This document shows, piece after piece, positions 37,393 through 50,983 of a stretch of 64,000 nucleotides of DNA (positions are counted from its first letter, which is position 1; every line of letters starts with the position of its first letter). This stretch comes from Octopus sinensis (lineage: Eukaryota): positions 25,544,001 through 25,608,000 of the forward strand of contig NC_043018.1 of NCBI RefSeq assembly GCF_006345805.1. Direction: 5' to 3'. The translations under genes and the position numbers were made by a program. Below the pieces are notes generated by a model. That model made no database searches. It was not told the origin of the DNA and saw nothing but the letters and a program-made list of their open reading frames with translations.

Positions 37393-38368
37393 ACATATTT
37401 ATGTATGTGTGTGTGTGTATGTGTGTGCGTGTTTGTCTGTATTTCTTTGTGTCTGTGTTTGTACCTACCACTGCTTGACAACCGATGTTAGTGTGTTTAC
37501 ATCCCCATCACTTAGCAGTTTGGCAAAAGACACCAACATACTAACTACCAAACTTATAAAGAAAATAAGTCCTGGGGTTGATTAGTTCAACTAAAATTCC
37601 TGAAGCTGGTACTTCAGTATGGCCATAGTCTAATGGCAGAAACAAGCAAGAGAATAAAAGCTAAAAGGTGGAATCAAAATCTTGAAGGTACGAGATAATG
37701 CCTTATTAATCCATTAATCCAAAGCAGTGTGAATAATCAAGCGTAACATTTGGCAGATAAATCTGAATGCAAAACAGATAAAGTAAAATAGTTGAATTAA
37801 TTGATTCCGGTATTTAATTGGCAATTAATTTTGTCAACTCAGATAAACGAAAGGTTAAAATAATCTTGGCAGAATTTTAAATACCTTGATGTCTCTAGGT
37901 CATCATCTTACACTTTCTGTCATCCTAGCATCTTTGTACTATAAATACATGGAAATAATTCTTTATAATTTTGACACAAAGCCAGCAAAATTGAGAGGTG
38001 GGGTCAGTCGATTACATTGACCTCGGTGTTCAACTGGTACTTATCAACTTCAAAAAGATGAAAGGCAAAGTCGACCTTGGTGCAATTTGAACTCAGAATG
38101 TAAAGATGGATGGACTACTCCTAAGCATTTTCCCGGTGTGCTAATGATTCTACCAGCTCTTTGCCTTAATATTAATAATATTGGTTTCGAATTTTGGAAC
38201 AAAGCCAACAAATTTGAAGGGAGGAGTAAGTTGATTACATTGACCCCAGTTTTTCTCACAGGCAGTGCCCAACTGACCCTACTATACTGTGTAGTCAACA
38301 AAATCAAAAACAAACAATGCACATGCGTGAAATTAAAAATAAATGGTGATGATTTACCCATCACACCC

Positions 38369-38372
<4 letters not shown>
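36118..38372. repeat. ~1.07-kb tandem duplication (2 full units plus a 116-bp third start)
   Basis: Units start at 36118, 37187 and 38257 (periods 1069 and 1070). Units 1 and 2 differ by a few 1-nt indels and by substitutions at the junction. Confidence 0.95.
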
Positions 38373-38412
<40 letters not shown>

Positions 38413-38574
38413 CATACACCTATTTTATCAACCTTGAAAAGATGAAAGGCAAAGTTGACCTTGGTGGAATTTGAACTCAGAATGTAAAGAGGCGTGAACT
38501 AGCCCTAAGCATTTACCCAGTGTGCTAACAATTCTACTAGCTCTCTGCCTTAATAATAATAATATTAATAACAA

Positions 38575-38945
38575 GACCACTCAGAGAGCACAAACGTCTG
38601 CCAAAGCAACACCAACATCTTCTCAATGATTAGCCGGAGATGATTTTTAAAATGAGAATATCTGCCATAAACTCGACTGCTTTCATAAACGAGAATACTA
38701 AAAATGAACCTGACTGCTCTCAAAAATTAAGTAAAGAAGCAGAAAAAAATAATCCAGAATCCTTGTCTAGTATCAGATCGATCCCAAAATCTAATCAGTT
38801 TGTGCCAGTCATGAGGCCAAACATCCCTGAAAGTTTCATCTGATTCCATCCAGCGGTTCTTGAGATATCTTGTCCACAGACAAACAAACAAACAAACAAA
38901 CATGACTGAAAACAATACCTCCGTCTTCGCTAAGACAGAAGTAAT
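38575..38945 (-). mobile_element. Non-autonomous Helentron/HINE-like element; similar Helitron-like bodies near 28322-28650 and 42055-42200
   Basis: Minus strand begins ttattacttctgtcttagcgaagacggaggtattgttttc, followed by (TTTG)n and a gaaactttcagg-type body. This is a family resemblance only. Confidence 0.45.
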
Positions 38946-38954
38946 AATAATAAT

Positions 38955-39493
38955 GAATGTGGGGCTTGAAGGTGAAAACTATACCAGTAATAATTGGAGC
39001 ATGGGGTGTGATAAAAAAACATGAACAAAATGAAGAAGATATACCTGGACTCTCAACACAACATGTTATCTGAAAAATAACCCTGCTAGGAACAGTTCAC
39101 ATCCTACACAAAAGGCTATCAATTACGAAGCACAACTCAAATAAAATAATCCACAAGACACCCTCTATGCAGTAAATATATATAAAAAAAACCAAAACTA
39201 ACAACTGCCACAGCATGTAGTCTACAGGAAGTGTACCCCACAAAGAACACAACTTGTATTACGCATAACACATAATACAAATGCTTATACTAATACAAAA
39301 AACAAAAAACGCTGCAGCCAGACGCCATAAGAAGACAAATGGATGTAATACAATACCAGGAAGGGTTTTCACTTCCCCAACAACAACAAAAAAGAACACA
39401 CAATGCTGCATATAACTCAGTAACATGGAGGTGGAGCAAGTAATGAAGTAGAAATCCGCCTGAAACTATCAAATGTTGAAGAAGAACAACAGC
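38955..39493 (+). mobile_element. R4/Dong-like LINE 3-prime remnant inserted in (TAA)n
   Basis: Decayed MWGLKVKTIPVIIGAWGVI...ITLLGTVHILHKRLSI, resembling the RLE-clade C-terminus. TAA repeats on both sides. Confidence 0.65.
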
Positions 39494-41600
39494 AATAATA
39501 ATAATAGTCCTTTCTACTAAAGGCCTGAAATTTGAGGGGAGGGGGATGGTCGATCACATCGACTCTTATTTCTTTTATTTCTTTATTGCTCACAAGGGGC
39601 TAAACATAGAGGGGACAAACAAGGACAGACAAGCAGATTAAGTCGATTACATCGACCCCAGCGTGTAACTCGTACTTAATTTATCGACCCTGAAAGGATG
39701 AAAGGCAAAGTTGACATTGGTGGAATTTGAACTCAGAACGTAATGGCAGACGAAATACCTATTTCTTTACTACCCACAAGGGGCTAAACACAGAGGGGAC
39801 AAACAAGGACAGACAAACGGATTAAGTCGATTACATCGACCCAAGTGCATAACTCGTACTTAATTTATCGACCCCAAAAGGATGAAAGGCAAAGTCGATG
39901 TTGGTGGAATTTGAACTCAGAACGTAACGGCAGATGAAATACCGCTAAGCATTTCACCCGGCGTGCTAACGTTTCTGCCAGCTCATATCTACCCTGGTAC
40001 TTGACTTGTACTTAATTTATCAACCCCAAAAGATGAAAGCAAAGTCGACCTCGGTGGAATTGGAACTCAGAACCTAAAGATTGATGAAATACTGCTTAGC
40101 ATCTTGCTCAGCATGCTAACGATTCTGCCAGCTCACTGCCTTAACAACAACAACAACAATGATAATCCTTCTGACTATAGGCACAAGGCCTGGAATTCTA
40201 GAGGAGGGGACCAGTCAATTACATTGATCCCAGTGTTTCACTGGTACTTAATTTATCGACCCCGAAAGGATGAAAGGCAAAGTCAACCTCAGTGGAATTT
40301 GGACTCAGAATGTATAGATGGCTGAAATACTGCTCAGTATTTCATCCAGTGTACTAATGACTCTGCCAGCTTTAATAATAATAATTGCCCTGATGCAGTA
40401 TGAGGCAGTGGCTCTCATGGCTTCTGATCTTAACTGATTGGAAGTACATTGTTTTGTCTTGGTATAAAAGATGGGCTACAGCAAATATTCTGCTCAATAC
40501 CGCAGATTTCCTTGTCAGTTGTTTGACCTTTATCAGCTGAGTATGTCCCTTAGTGGCTGACAGTATGTGCATCTCTGGTCATGAGCAGAAGTAGTGGGGA
40601 AGTATCATAGCCACGTGTTGAGAGGAACTCTTTGGAGTTTGAATAATTCACCTCTGGAAACATGGGTATTTTTTTCAACACCCTTAAACAACCCTTATTC
40701 AGGGACCTTTTGAGTGGGACTGGGCTACTCGACCTGAAGAAAATTCTAACTGGGTCCCACCTCCAAAGTCATGTGCTGTTTATCTTGATATGAGAGCACC
40801 ATGTTGCACACATATGGTTATGATGCATGTGCCTGGTATACCCATATCAGATTGGTAGTCATGATGGGTATACTGGGCTTCGTATATTTGATGGCATGCA
40901 CTGCTCTCTCACTCAATAATAATAATAATAATAATAATAATAATTCTTATACTTTTAGCACAAGGCTAGCAGTCATGAAGAGAAGGGGAAATTGGTAACA
41001 TTAACCCTAGTGAGATTTGAACTCGGAATGGGAAGAGTCGAAAGAAATGCACCTAAGCAGTTTGTCCAGCACAGTATTGATCCTGCCAACTTGCTACCTA
41101 ATAATAATAATAATTTCTATGATAATAATAATCTTTTCTACTGAAGCCACAAGGCCTGAAATTTTTTGGGAGGCAATTAGTCGATTATATCGACCCCAGT
41201 TGTTCACTGGTACTTAACTAATCGACCCTGTAAAGATGAAAGGAAAAGTCAAACTTGGCGGGATTTGAATTCAGAATATAAAGATGGGTGAAATGTTTCC
41301 AAGAATTTTGCCTGGTGTGCAAACACAACACTCTTCTTTCATATATTCATCACTGGCTGTTATGATAGTTATCTTTCCACAAATGAAACTGGAGCAAGTT
41401 ACAGTTAAAGTGGAACATTCTGAGAGGAAGTGTTTGAATTGACTGTATTTTGGCTGTTCAGAGAAATATCACGGTATATCCTGGTTTTACTTTTCTGATG
41501 TTTTTTGATGTCACCTTCCTGTTCAATGATGGAAGTAGGTTTGTGTGCATGTGTGTGTGTGTGTTTGCATGCATATATATATATATACACACACACACAG

Positions 41601-41654
<54 letters not shown>

Positions 41655-41752
41655 CACATATATACATATATATATATACATAAATACATATATAATTATA
41701 TATATATGTGTGTGTATGTATGTGAGTTCACGTGTGTGTGTATGTATGTATA

Positions 41753-41825
<73 letters not shown>

Positions 41826-42984
41826 ACATACACACATATATACATATATTTGAGGGGTGCTGAAAAGTTCCTGGCTTTGGGTATGATGAATAAGATCATA
41901 ATTAACTGATCCATTTGTATTTTCTTTCATGCAAATCTAGGAACTTTTCAGCACCTCATCATGGCACCTTGGGCAAGTGTCTTCTACTATAGCATTGGGC
42001 TAACCAAAGCCTTGTGAGTGGATTTGGTTGATGGAAACTGAAAGAAGCCCACTGTATCTTCTGTCTGTTACCATTTTACTGCTTAAACCAGCAAACCAAT
42101 CTTCATGAAACTTTGCATACATGTTAAACTAACATCCAGTTCAGTAATAGGCTAATTCGATTTCAGTAAAAATCAACAATGGGCCCCTTGGGGGGGGGGG
42201 CGAATTACACGATAAAATGAGAAGGGGGCAAAGAGTATTAGTCTGAAGGAATATAGTAACAGAAGTGTGACTTATATTAGGAAAGTGGGGAACAGCATTG
42301 TGTGACAAATATGGGGTGGCAATGGGATGTAACTGTTAATACGGCTGTCATATACATGCGACACTGCACCCATACTTTTGTAAATACATAGAAACATGCA
42401 TACACACACACACACAGACACACATATACACATACATACATACACACATACATACATACATACATGCATACATACATACATATATGTATATATATATATA
42501 TATATATACATGTGTGTACATACATACATACATATATATAGCTGAATACTCCATGATGACCATGATGACAATGATTATGATGATGATGATGACGACAACA
42601 ACAAGGATGATGATGATGATGATTATGACAATGACCATAATGACAGCTGCTGCTGCTGCTGCTGATGATGATGATGATAACAGCTACAACAAGGATGATG
42701 AAGTCAATGACGACAACAATGACCATGATGTCAATGATGATGATGATGATGATGATGATGGTGACCCCTGTTGCATTCATTCAGCCCAACTTTCTCTCAC
42801 TCTTTCTTCTTGTTTCTTTCATAATGCCTCGACGGACTGGCGTCCCATCCAGCTGGGGTGGGGGTGGGGGGAACACATATGCCACAGAAACCGGGAAACC
42901 GGGTCCATGAGCCTGGCTAGGCTTGAAAAGGGCACAGGAAGAAGAATGTGTGTATGTATGTATGTATGTATGTATGTATGTATG

Positions 42985-43088
<104 letters not shown>

Positions 43089-43804
43089 TATATGGTTGGT
43101 GTTGAAAGGGCATTCAGCTATAGAAACCAAGCTAAGTCAGACTAGAACCTGGTGTAGCTTTCCTGCCTGCCAGCTCAGGTCAAACTGTCCAACCCATGCC
43201 AGCATGGAGAAAAGGATGTTAAATAATGATGATGATGATGATAACGACGACCATGATAATGATATTTGGCTCATGTGAGAAAAAATTCTTTTCACTCGCG
43301 TGTTGTATAAAACTGAATAAACAAAAACAAAAAAAAACACTTGATCTTAAAAAAATCAAAATCACATTTTCATGGTTGAAGAAGTTTGTAATTGCTAGCT
43401 TGAAAAAAAATGGGTGCCCTGCAAAGTTGTTTCAACATGTAAGAGAAATGTCATGCGTTTGTGCGTTGAGTGAGTATGATGTGAACTGGTTGAACTCATG
43501 ATTAATTACTCAGGCTGCAATGTTGTCTTAAACTGGACTGAAGCAAAACTAAACAATAAGGGATTTAGACATGCAAAGCTAGACTGAGAAAATTCCGAAC
43601 ACGTAAAATAGAATAAACATTTGTTGAGGAAGAAAAAAATCTAAATTTGGTACAAATTGCATGTAGGTAATGACTGGATAAACAGACATATGTGAACAGG
43701 ATGTATCGACACATTGTGTAGAAGTTGATTGAATGAACAAAGAAACACAGTGTGTATGTATGTTGAGTATATAGATCAATGAACATAGTGAATATATGAC
43801 AACT

Positions 43805-43832
43805 GGATAGACAGATAGGTAGATAGAAGATG

Positions 43833-43903
<71 letters not shown>

Positions 43904-44018
43904 GGATGGATAGATAGATAGATAGATAGATAGATGGGTGGATAGATAGATAGATAGATAGACGGACAGACAGAGAGAGACAGATAGACAGATAGGTAGA
44001 TAGATAGATAGATGGATG

Positions 44019-44057
<39 letters not shown>

Positions 44058-44076
44058 GGGTGGATAGATAGATAGC

Positions 44077-44109
<33 letters not shown>

Positions 44110-44130
44110 GGGTGGATAGATAGATAGATG

Positions 44131-44165
<35 letters not shown>

Positions 44166-44170
44166 GGGTG

Positions 44171-44213
<43 letters not shown>

Positions 44214-44218
44214 GGGTG

Positions 44219-44261
<43 letters not shown>

Positions 44262-44430
44262 GGGTGGATAGATAGATAGATAGCTAGATAGATAGATAGA
44301 TAGACGGACAGACAGAGAGAGACAGATAGACAGATAGGTAGATAGATAGATAGATATAGATAGATAAATAGATAGATAGACAGATAGATAGATAGATAGC
44401 TATATAGATAGATAGATAGAAAGGCAGATA
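43805..44430. repeat. (TAGA)n/(TGGA)n tetranucleotide array; similar (TCTA)n arrays at 28990-29150, 30145-30345, 53625-53700
   Basis: Direct inspection. This array explains the 290-aa YLSI ORF. Confidence 0.95.
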
Positions 44431-44653
44431 GATACACTTTGGTCTCTTATATGTATGAATGTGTATATATATATATACATATATATATATACACACAGCC
44501 TTCTTTCAGTTTCTGTCTGCCAGATGCACTCTTAATGGTTTGGTCGGCCCAAGGCTATAGCAGAAGTCACTTGCTCAATGTGCCATTCAGTGGGACTGAA
44601 CCCAGAACCATGTAGTTGGGATGTAAGCTTCTTATCACAAAGCCATGCCTTTG

Positions 44654-44686
<33 letters not shown>

Positions 44687-45396
44687 AGACCAAGGAAGAC
44701 ATGGGGCGAAGTACTGAAGGTCAATCTCATAATGCTGCACCTGACAAAATAGATGACAGAAGATTGAGATATGTGGTGCATTGTTGTACTCAAGAATACC
44801 TGCCAACCATAACAAAATTGAAATCCTAAAACCAAGGTACCACATAAAAAGGTGCTCAGTAGACTCAGTGGAGTAGTTGGCATTAGGAAGGGCATCCAGC
44901 CATAGAAACCAAGCCAAAACATATAGAACCTGGTGCAGCCCTTGGTCTTGCAAGTTCCTATCAAGCCGTTCCAACCTGTGCCAAATGGACATTAAATGTT
45001 GATGATGATGATGATGATGATGACGACGACCGCAGGTATGGTTGTGAGGTAAGAAGCTTGCTTCCCAACCACATGGTTCCAGGTTCAGTCCCACTGAGTG
45101 ACACCTTGGGCAAGTGTCTTCTACTATAGCTTCAGACTGACCAAAGCCTTGTGAGTGGATTTGGTAGACGGGAACTGGAAGAAGCCCATCATGTGTGTGT
45201 GTGTGTATATATATATATTTATATATATATGTGCATGTGTGTTAATGTGTCTGTGTTTGTCCCCACCATTACGACTTGATAACTGGTAGTTGTATATTTT
45301 TAATGCATGACATTAAAAATATAAAATGGCATCAATTTGCCCATTGCATCCTGTATATATATGTGTGCATGTATGTATGTATGTATATATGTATAT

Positions 45397-45427
<31 letters not shown>

Positions 45428-45433
45428 CATACA

Positions 45434-45465
<32 letters not shown>

Positions 45466-47018
45466 CACATGTATTGGCTTCTTTCATATTCCATATACAA
45501 AATCCACTCACAAGGCTTTGGTTGGCCTAGGCCCCTAGTGGAAGACACGCAGCCTAAGTGTCTTGCAGTGGAATTGAACCTTGAACCATGTGGCTGGGAA
45601 ACAGCTGCCTATATAGTCACACCTGTTCCTGTAACCATACGGATGTTTCCTCAATGGTTTGTTTGTGTTAAGAGTCTTCAATCTACAGGTGAAACGAGTA
45701 TTGAGGGTGACGGAGTTGTTGACAAAAACATGAAGTATTCAGTGTAGAGGTGGGGGAGAGGGATTGGCTAATGTAGCTGGCGGTGGCAGCAGCAGCAGTG
45801 ACGATGGTGGTGGTAAAGGTGTCGGTGGTGGTAGTCGTGATGGAGGTGTTGGCGGTGGTGGAAGTTGGTTGCGGTGGTGATAGTAGTGGTGATGATAGTG
45901 GTAGTGGTGGTGGATGTGGTTGTTGTTGTTGTGGTGGTGGTGGTGGATGTGGTTGTTGTTGTTGTGGTGGTGGTGATGGACGATGGTGGATGGTGGTGGT
46001 GAAGAAGCACACTCTAAGACGTAGAGCAGTATACAAACCCTTTCATTACTGTATTTATTTTGAGAAGCTCTGTGTTTCTTTCAATTACTTTAAATATAAC
46101 AAAGAATTTAGTAAAATAACTTAGTTATCATTAAGCTAGTGTTAGGATCATACATTGTGACTAAGGTTTGGTGTAAGATTTTAATTCAAAACTTATGAAA
46201 ACAAGACATTTGTATTCAGAGCCAGAGCCAGTTTCAGCCGGGTTGGTAACGAAAGGGTTAAAAATGGGGAAGGCCAGTTTATGGGATTACCTTAGGTTTC
46301 CCCGTCCATAAAGAGTTTTAGCTTCATGGCATATCGTCAGATCCCAAAAACCTATTAGCCCATGACCTCCTGAAAATATGGAAGGGGAAATGCGTCAATA
46401 CTCAAAGGTAACTGTTGGGGATTATCTCCCTTGGCTATGGGTTATTGGCTTCTGGTTGTGCTGCCATCATGTGTGCTCCAAAAGGCCAGCAGGAGCCTCC
46501 TGAGATGTAAACGTGGTCTGAAAAGCTCCGTTCTGGAGTTAAGGATGTTCCCTGGTTTGAGTGAGTCTTTTAGGATTTGCGCGTGTTCAGTTATGCATAA
46601 CCTGCAAATATATGCATACGTGCACACACACACTTACATCACATGCACACTTACATTCACACACACACATACACGCACACACTTACACACATTCACACAT
46701 ACATATGTTCACACACATGCACTCACACACGCGCAGACACACAAACGCACACACACACACACTCATACACACACACACACAAGACAATTCAAATAAGGAG
46801 ATTCACGCATCCACACAGTTTTTATTATTAAAGTCAGTTATACACCATATTTAATTTAATTCTCTGTCCGACATACGTTTCTGCCGCATACATTCATATC
46901 TGGCAATGTAGTTCACATTTGTATCCATTTTATTCATCTGGTTTAAGAGTCTATGTAGTTTTATTCAAAGTATTGCCACTATTATAGTTAGAAAGCAAAC
47001 TGGTATAATGGTTTAGAT

Positions 47019-47278
47019 CAGTGGTTCCCAAAGTGGGCAATATTGCCCCTGGGGACAGTGGAAAGTTCCAAGGGGGTGTTGAAAAAAAGTTGGACGATAA
47101 TGGAGTAACAGTTCATGTAAAAATATCAAAATAATGGGGCTGTTAGATTAAGTTTTATTTGTGAAATACAGTTGCTTTGAATTTGTTTCAGAAAGAGGTC
47201 TATGTTTGGGGTGGGGGTACTAGGAATGTGGCCCGGGTGTCAAGGGGGCAGTAGCCTGAAAATGTTTGGGAACCACTG
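47019..47278. mobile_element. hAT-type MITE
   Basis: CAGTGGTTCCCAAA / TTTGGGAACCACTG TIRs. TSD GTTTAGAT versus GTTTTAGAT (one extra T). Confidence 0.8.
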
Positions 47279-48866
47279 GTTTTAGATAGTATTGCATTTT
47301 AGTAAAAAACAACTATTTTTAAGTGTAAAGAATAAGAGAAGAATAATTAGAAACCTGATATAAACCCCACACCATAGTATTAGATTGACCTTAAAGTTTG
47401 TATTTCAAATCATGAACGTGAAATCTTAAACTAGGTCAGAATATATTTCATTCACTAGCCTTAAATGAAGTAAATAGAAAAAAAATTCAATGATAGATAT
47501 ATACTATTAAGGGTTGTCATCATCATCATCATCATCGTTTAACGTCCGCTTTCCATGCTAGTATGGGTTGGACGGTTCGACTGGGGTCTGGGAAGCCAGG
47601 AGGCTGCACCAGGCCCAGTCTGATCTGGCAGTGTTTCTACAGCTGGATGCCCTTCCTAACGCCAACCACTCCATGAGTGTAGTGGGTGCTTTTTGTGTGC
47701 CAGACGAGGCTGGCAACGGCCACGATCGGTTGGTGCTTTTTACGTGCCACCGGCACGGTCATTAAATTAATTCTAATTTAGAAATATAAGATACACAGAA
47801 TTTACTTGTAAGGCCTTCCGCGTTTTTAATATGGCAGATTACTTCCACTTAGAGGGAAATCTGAATTTTTAGCTATACAAATCAACCCTAAATCTACATG
47901 AAGATAACATCCTCCTGGATATAAAATAAATTATTCCATATGTTAATTATTACACATGAAAAATACTAATTAGTTGCAGAATTACTACTAGTATATAATC
48001 AAACTAGGTGCTGAGCCAATATTGTCTATGTAAACTCTTGCATCTCCAATCTACATGATACTTAAAAATGTTTTCTAGGGAAATATTCAAATTTTTTCTT
48101 GTGAAGGTATGCATATTTCAGGGCTCATTCCTGTTCATCATTTAATAATTGGTATTTAGATGTGAAAATATGGAATATTTCTTCTAGGCATATATTGTGT
48201 TTCTTACTTCTCATTATGTAAGGCTCTGTCCCACCTATAATTTTCCATTTTATATGAAAGTTAGTGTTTCTATCCCTTAGGGACCAAATAAACTCACTTA
48301 AGCTTGTACATTGAATTTTTTTCTCTATTCTTGAAGGAAGTTAGGTGATTACTTAGTCTCTGCTGAAGAGGATTTGCCTGCAAGAGTCTTGTGCTGGTAC
48401 CATATAAAAAGTGCCCCTGCTGGCACCACATATAGCATGCAATGGCACCTGTACTGGTGCCATGTAAAAAACACCCAACACACTCTGTAAAGTAGTTGGC
48501 ATTGGGAAGAGCATCCACCTGTAGAAACGGAGCCAAATCAGACTGGAACCTGGTGCAACCATCCTATTTCCATGTCAAAGATTCTTTGTCTTGCAAGTTA
48601 CTTGGTGCCCCCCCCCCAGTGCTGGTGCCATGTAAAAAACATCCAGTCCACACTGTAAAGTGGTTGGCCATTGGAAGGGCATCCAGCTGTAAAAACCACG
48701 GCAAAACTGACCTCACTTGTGCTGGTGCCACATAAAAAGCACTGAGTTCACTCTGTAGATTGGTTGGTGTCAGGAAGAGCACCCAGTTGTAAAAAACTGT
48801 GCCAAAAGACACAGAAGTCTGGTGCAGTTTTCTGCTTGGCCAGCTCCTGTCAAAGGCAGACGTTAA

Positions 48867-48911
<45 letters not shown>

Positions 48912-50945
48912 ATATTCAGAAGCTGAAAGAAAAAGTCCATCAAATATATATACATGTGTGTGTGTGTATAGGGCTTCTTTCAGATTCTGTCTAGCAGATT
49001 GCCTCACAAGGCTTTGGTCAGCCCAGGGATATAGTAGAAGACACTTACTCAAGGTGTTGCACAGTGGGACTGAACCTGGAAACATGTTGTTGGGAAGCTA
49101 TCTTCTTACCACACTGCCATGCCTGTGCCTGTACATACATATCTGTGTGCATGTCTATGTGTTCATGTATATGTGTGTGGAGGCGCAATGGCCCAGTGGT
49201 TAGGGCAGCGGACTCGCGGTCGTAGGATCGCGGTTTCGATTCCCAGACCGGGCGTTGTGAATGTTTATTGAGCGAAAACACCTAAAGCTCCACGAGGCTC
49301 CGGCAGGGATGGTGGTGATCCCTGCTGTACTCTTTCACCACAACTTTCTCTCACTCTTTTTCCTGTTTCTGTTGTATCTGTATTTCAAAGGGCTGGCCTT
49401 GTCACTATCTGTGTCACACTGAATATCCCCGAGAACTATGTTAAGGGTACACGTGTCTGTGGAGTGCTCAGCCACTTACACGTTAATTTCACGAGCAGGC
49501 TGTTCCGTTGATCGGATCAACCGGAACCCTCGTCGTCGTAACCGACGGAGTGCTTCCTTAAGTATATGTGTATGTGTGTGTTTCTGGTGAATGTTTACAT
49601 TTTGTATTGAGCTGAAAGACTGATGGTGGTCATCCGTTGACATTTCCTGGTCAACAAATTGTCTCATAGTGTGGCACTTTTGAAGACAGCGAAATGAAAA
49701 AAACTGAATTTGAAAAACAGGTTAGGATTAATGGACAAGAGGCATTCCGCTGTACAAAGTAATGCATTAGTAACGTGGGTTCACCTAACTCATGCTAGCA
49801 TGGAAAAACAGAAGTAAAGCATATGAACTAGGTTAGCTAAATTACCATGACAGTATATGTGTGTGTGTGTGTGGCTTCGGTGTATGTGTGTGTGTGAGAA
49901 CCAGAGTTGATGAAGAAGCAAAAAACTAGTCCAATTTAGTGGATCTGTTTTATGGTGTGACTCAAATAGGATCTACTAGTAATTAATTAGCAGCAGCAGC
50001 AATAATAACAATAATGACAACAGAGATAATGTAGGCATGTAGCAACAATTACTATAGCGACTAGAATGACCACAACACACAGTGTCAAAAATAGAAACCT
50101 CAAAATTGTTATTTCAAACTACAACAAAGTACTCAATACAGTTCCTTGCACCGCACCATCAAAATCAGGGTAAAATACCCCGAGTGGGACAGGAGTGGCT
50201 GTGTGGTAAGTAGCTTGCTTACCAGTTCTGGGTTCATTCCCACTGCGTGGCACCTTGGGAAGTGTCTTCTACTATAGCTTTGGGCCGATCAAAGCCTTGT
50301 CAGTGGATTTGGTAGATGGAAACTGAAAGAAGCCCGTCGTATATATGTATATATATATATGTATGCGTGTGTATATGTTTGTGTTTGTCCCACTAACATC
50401 GCTTGACAACCGATGCTGGTGTGTCTACGTCCCCGTAACTTAGCGGTTCGGCAAAAGACACTGATAGAATAAGTACTTTGCTTCCAAAGAATAAGTCTTG
50501 GGGTTGATTTGCTCGACTAAAGGTGGTTTTCCAGCATGACCGCAGTCAAATGACTGAAACAAGTAAAAGAGTAAGAGTAAGAGTAAAAGAGATAGCATTC
50601 TAGTTGTGAGTAGGCCCCCTTGTAGTTGCGGGTAGTCTCCTGGCCCCCAATATTTTTAGACCCAGTCCGCCACTGAGTTGAGTTATATGAGAAACGTGTT
50701 CCTTGTTACGATAATTTTCTTGTAACCCTGCATCTGTCCAATGAATGGGCGTCTAAATAGATTCAGTAAAATGGATTCGATAGACCTTTTGAATTCAAAG
50801 AATCTATGATTTTCTTCCTTTCAAATCGAGGGGGTAACGTTGGCGTAAATAAAATATAAAGGGAAAGTTTACGAAAATAAACAAAAGACGAAGGCAGGTG
50901 GTGTATAAACAGATGTATTAGTATAGCGCTCAGGAATAGAAAAAG

Positions 50946-50983
50946 TCTTTTACGTTTCGAGCCTACGCTCTTCTACAGAAAGA
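50946..50983 (-). ncRNA. Hammerhead-like motif with variant core CUGUAGA
   Basis: Minus strand reads TCTTT-CTGTAGA-A-GAGC-gtag-GCTC-GAAA-CG-TA-AAAGA. Perfect stems I and II, loopless palindromic stem III, A6U core change. Confidence 0.55.

Noticed and set aside
46490-46510. TCC-TGA motif reminiscent of the antizyme +1 frameshift site
   Set aside because: The following base is G rather than U, there is no antizyme ORF1/ORF2 homology, and there is no upstream ORF context.
48110-48145. ATGATGA...CTGA box C/D pair on the minus strand, suggesting a snoRNA host intron
   Set aside because: The boxes are only ~13 nt apart, far too short for a C/D snoRNA.
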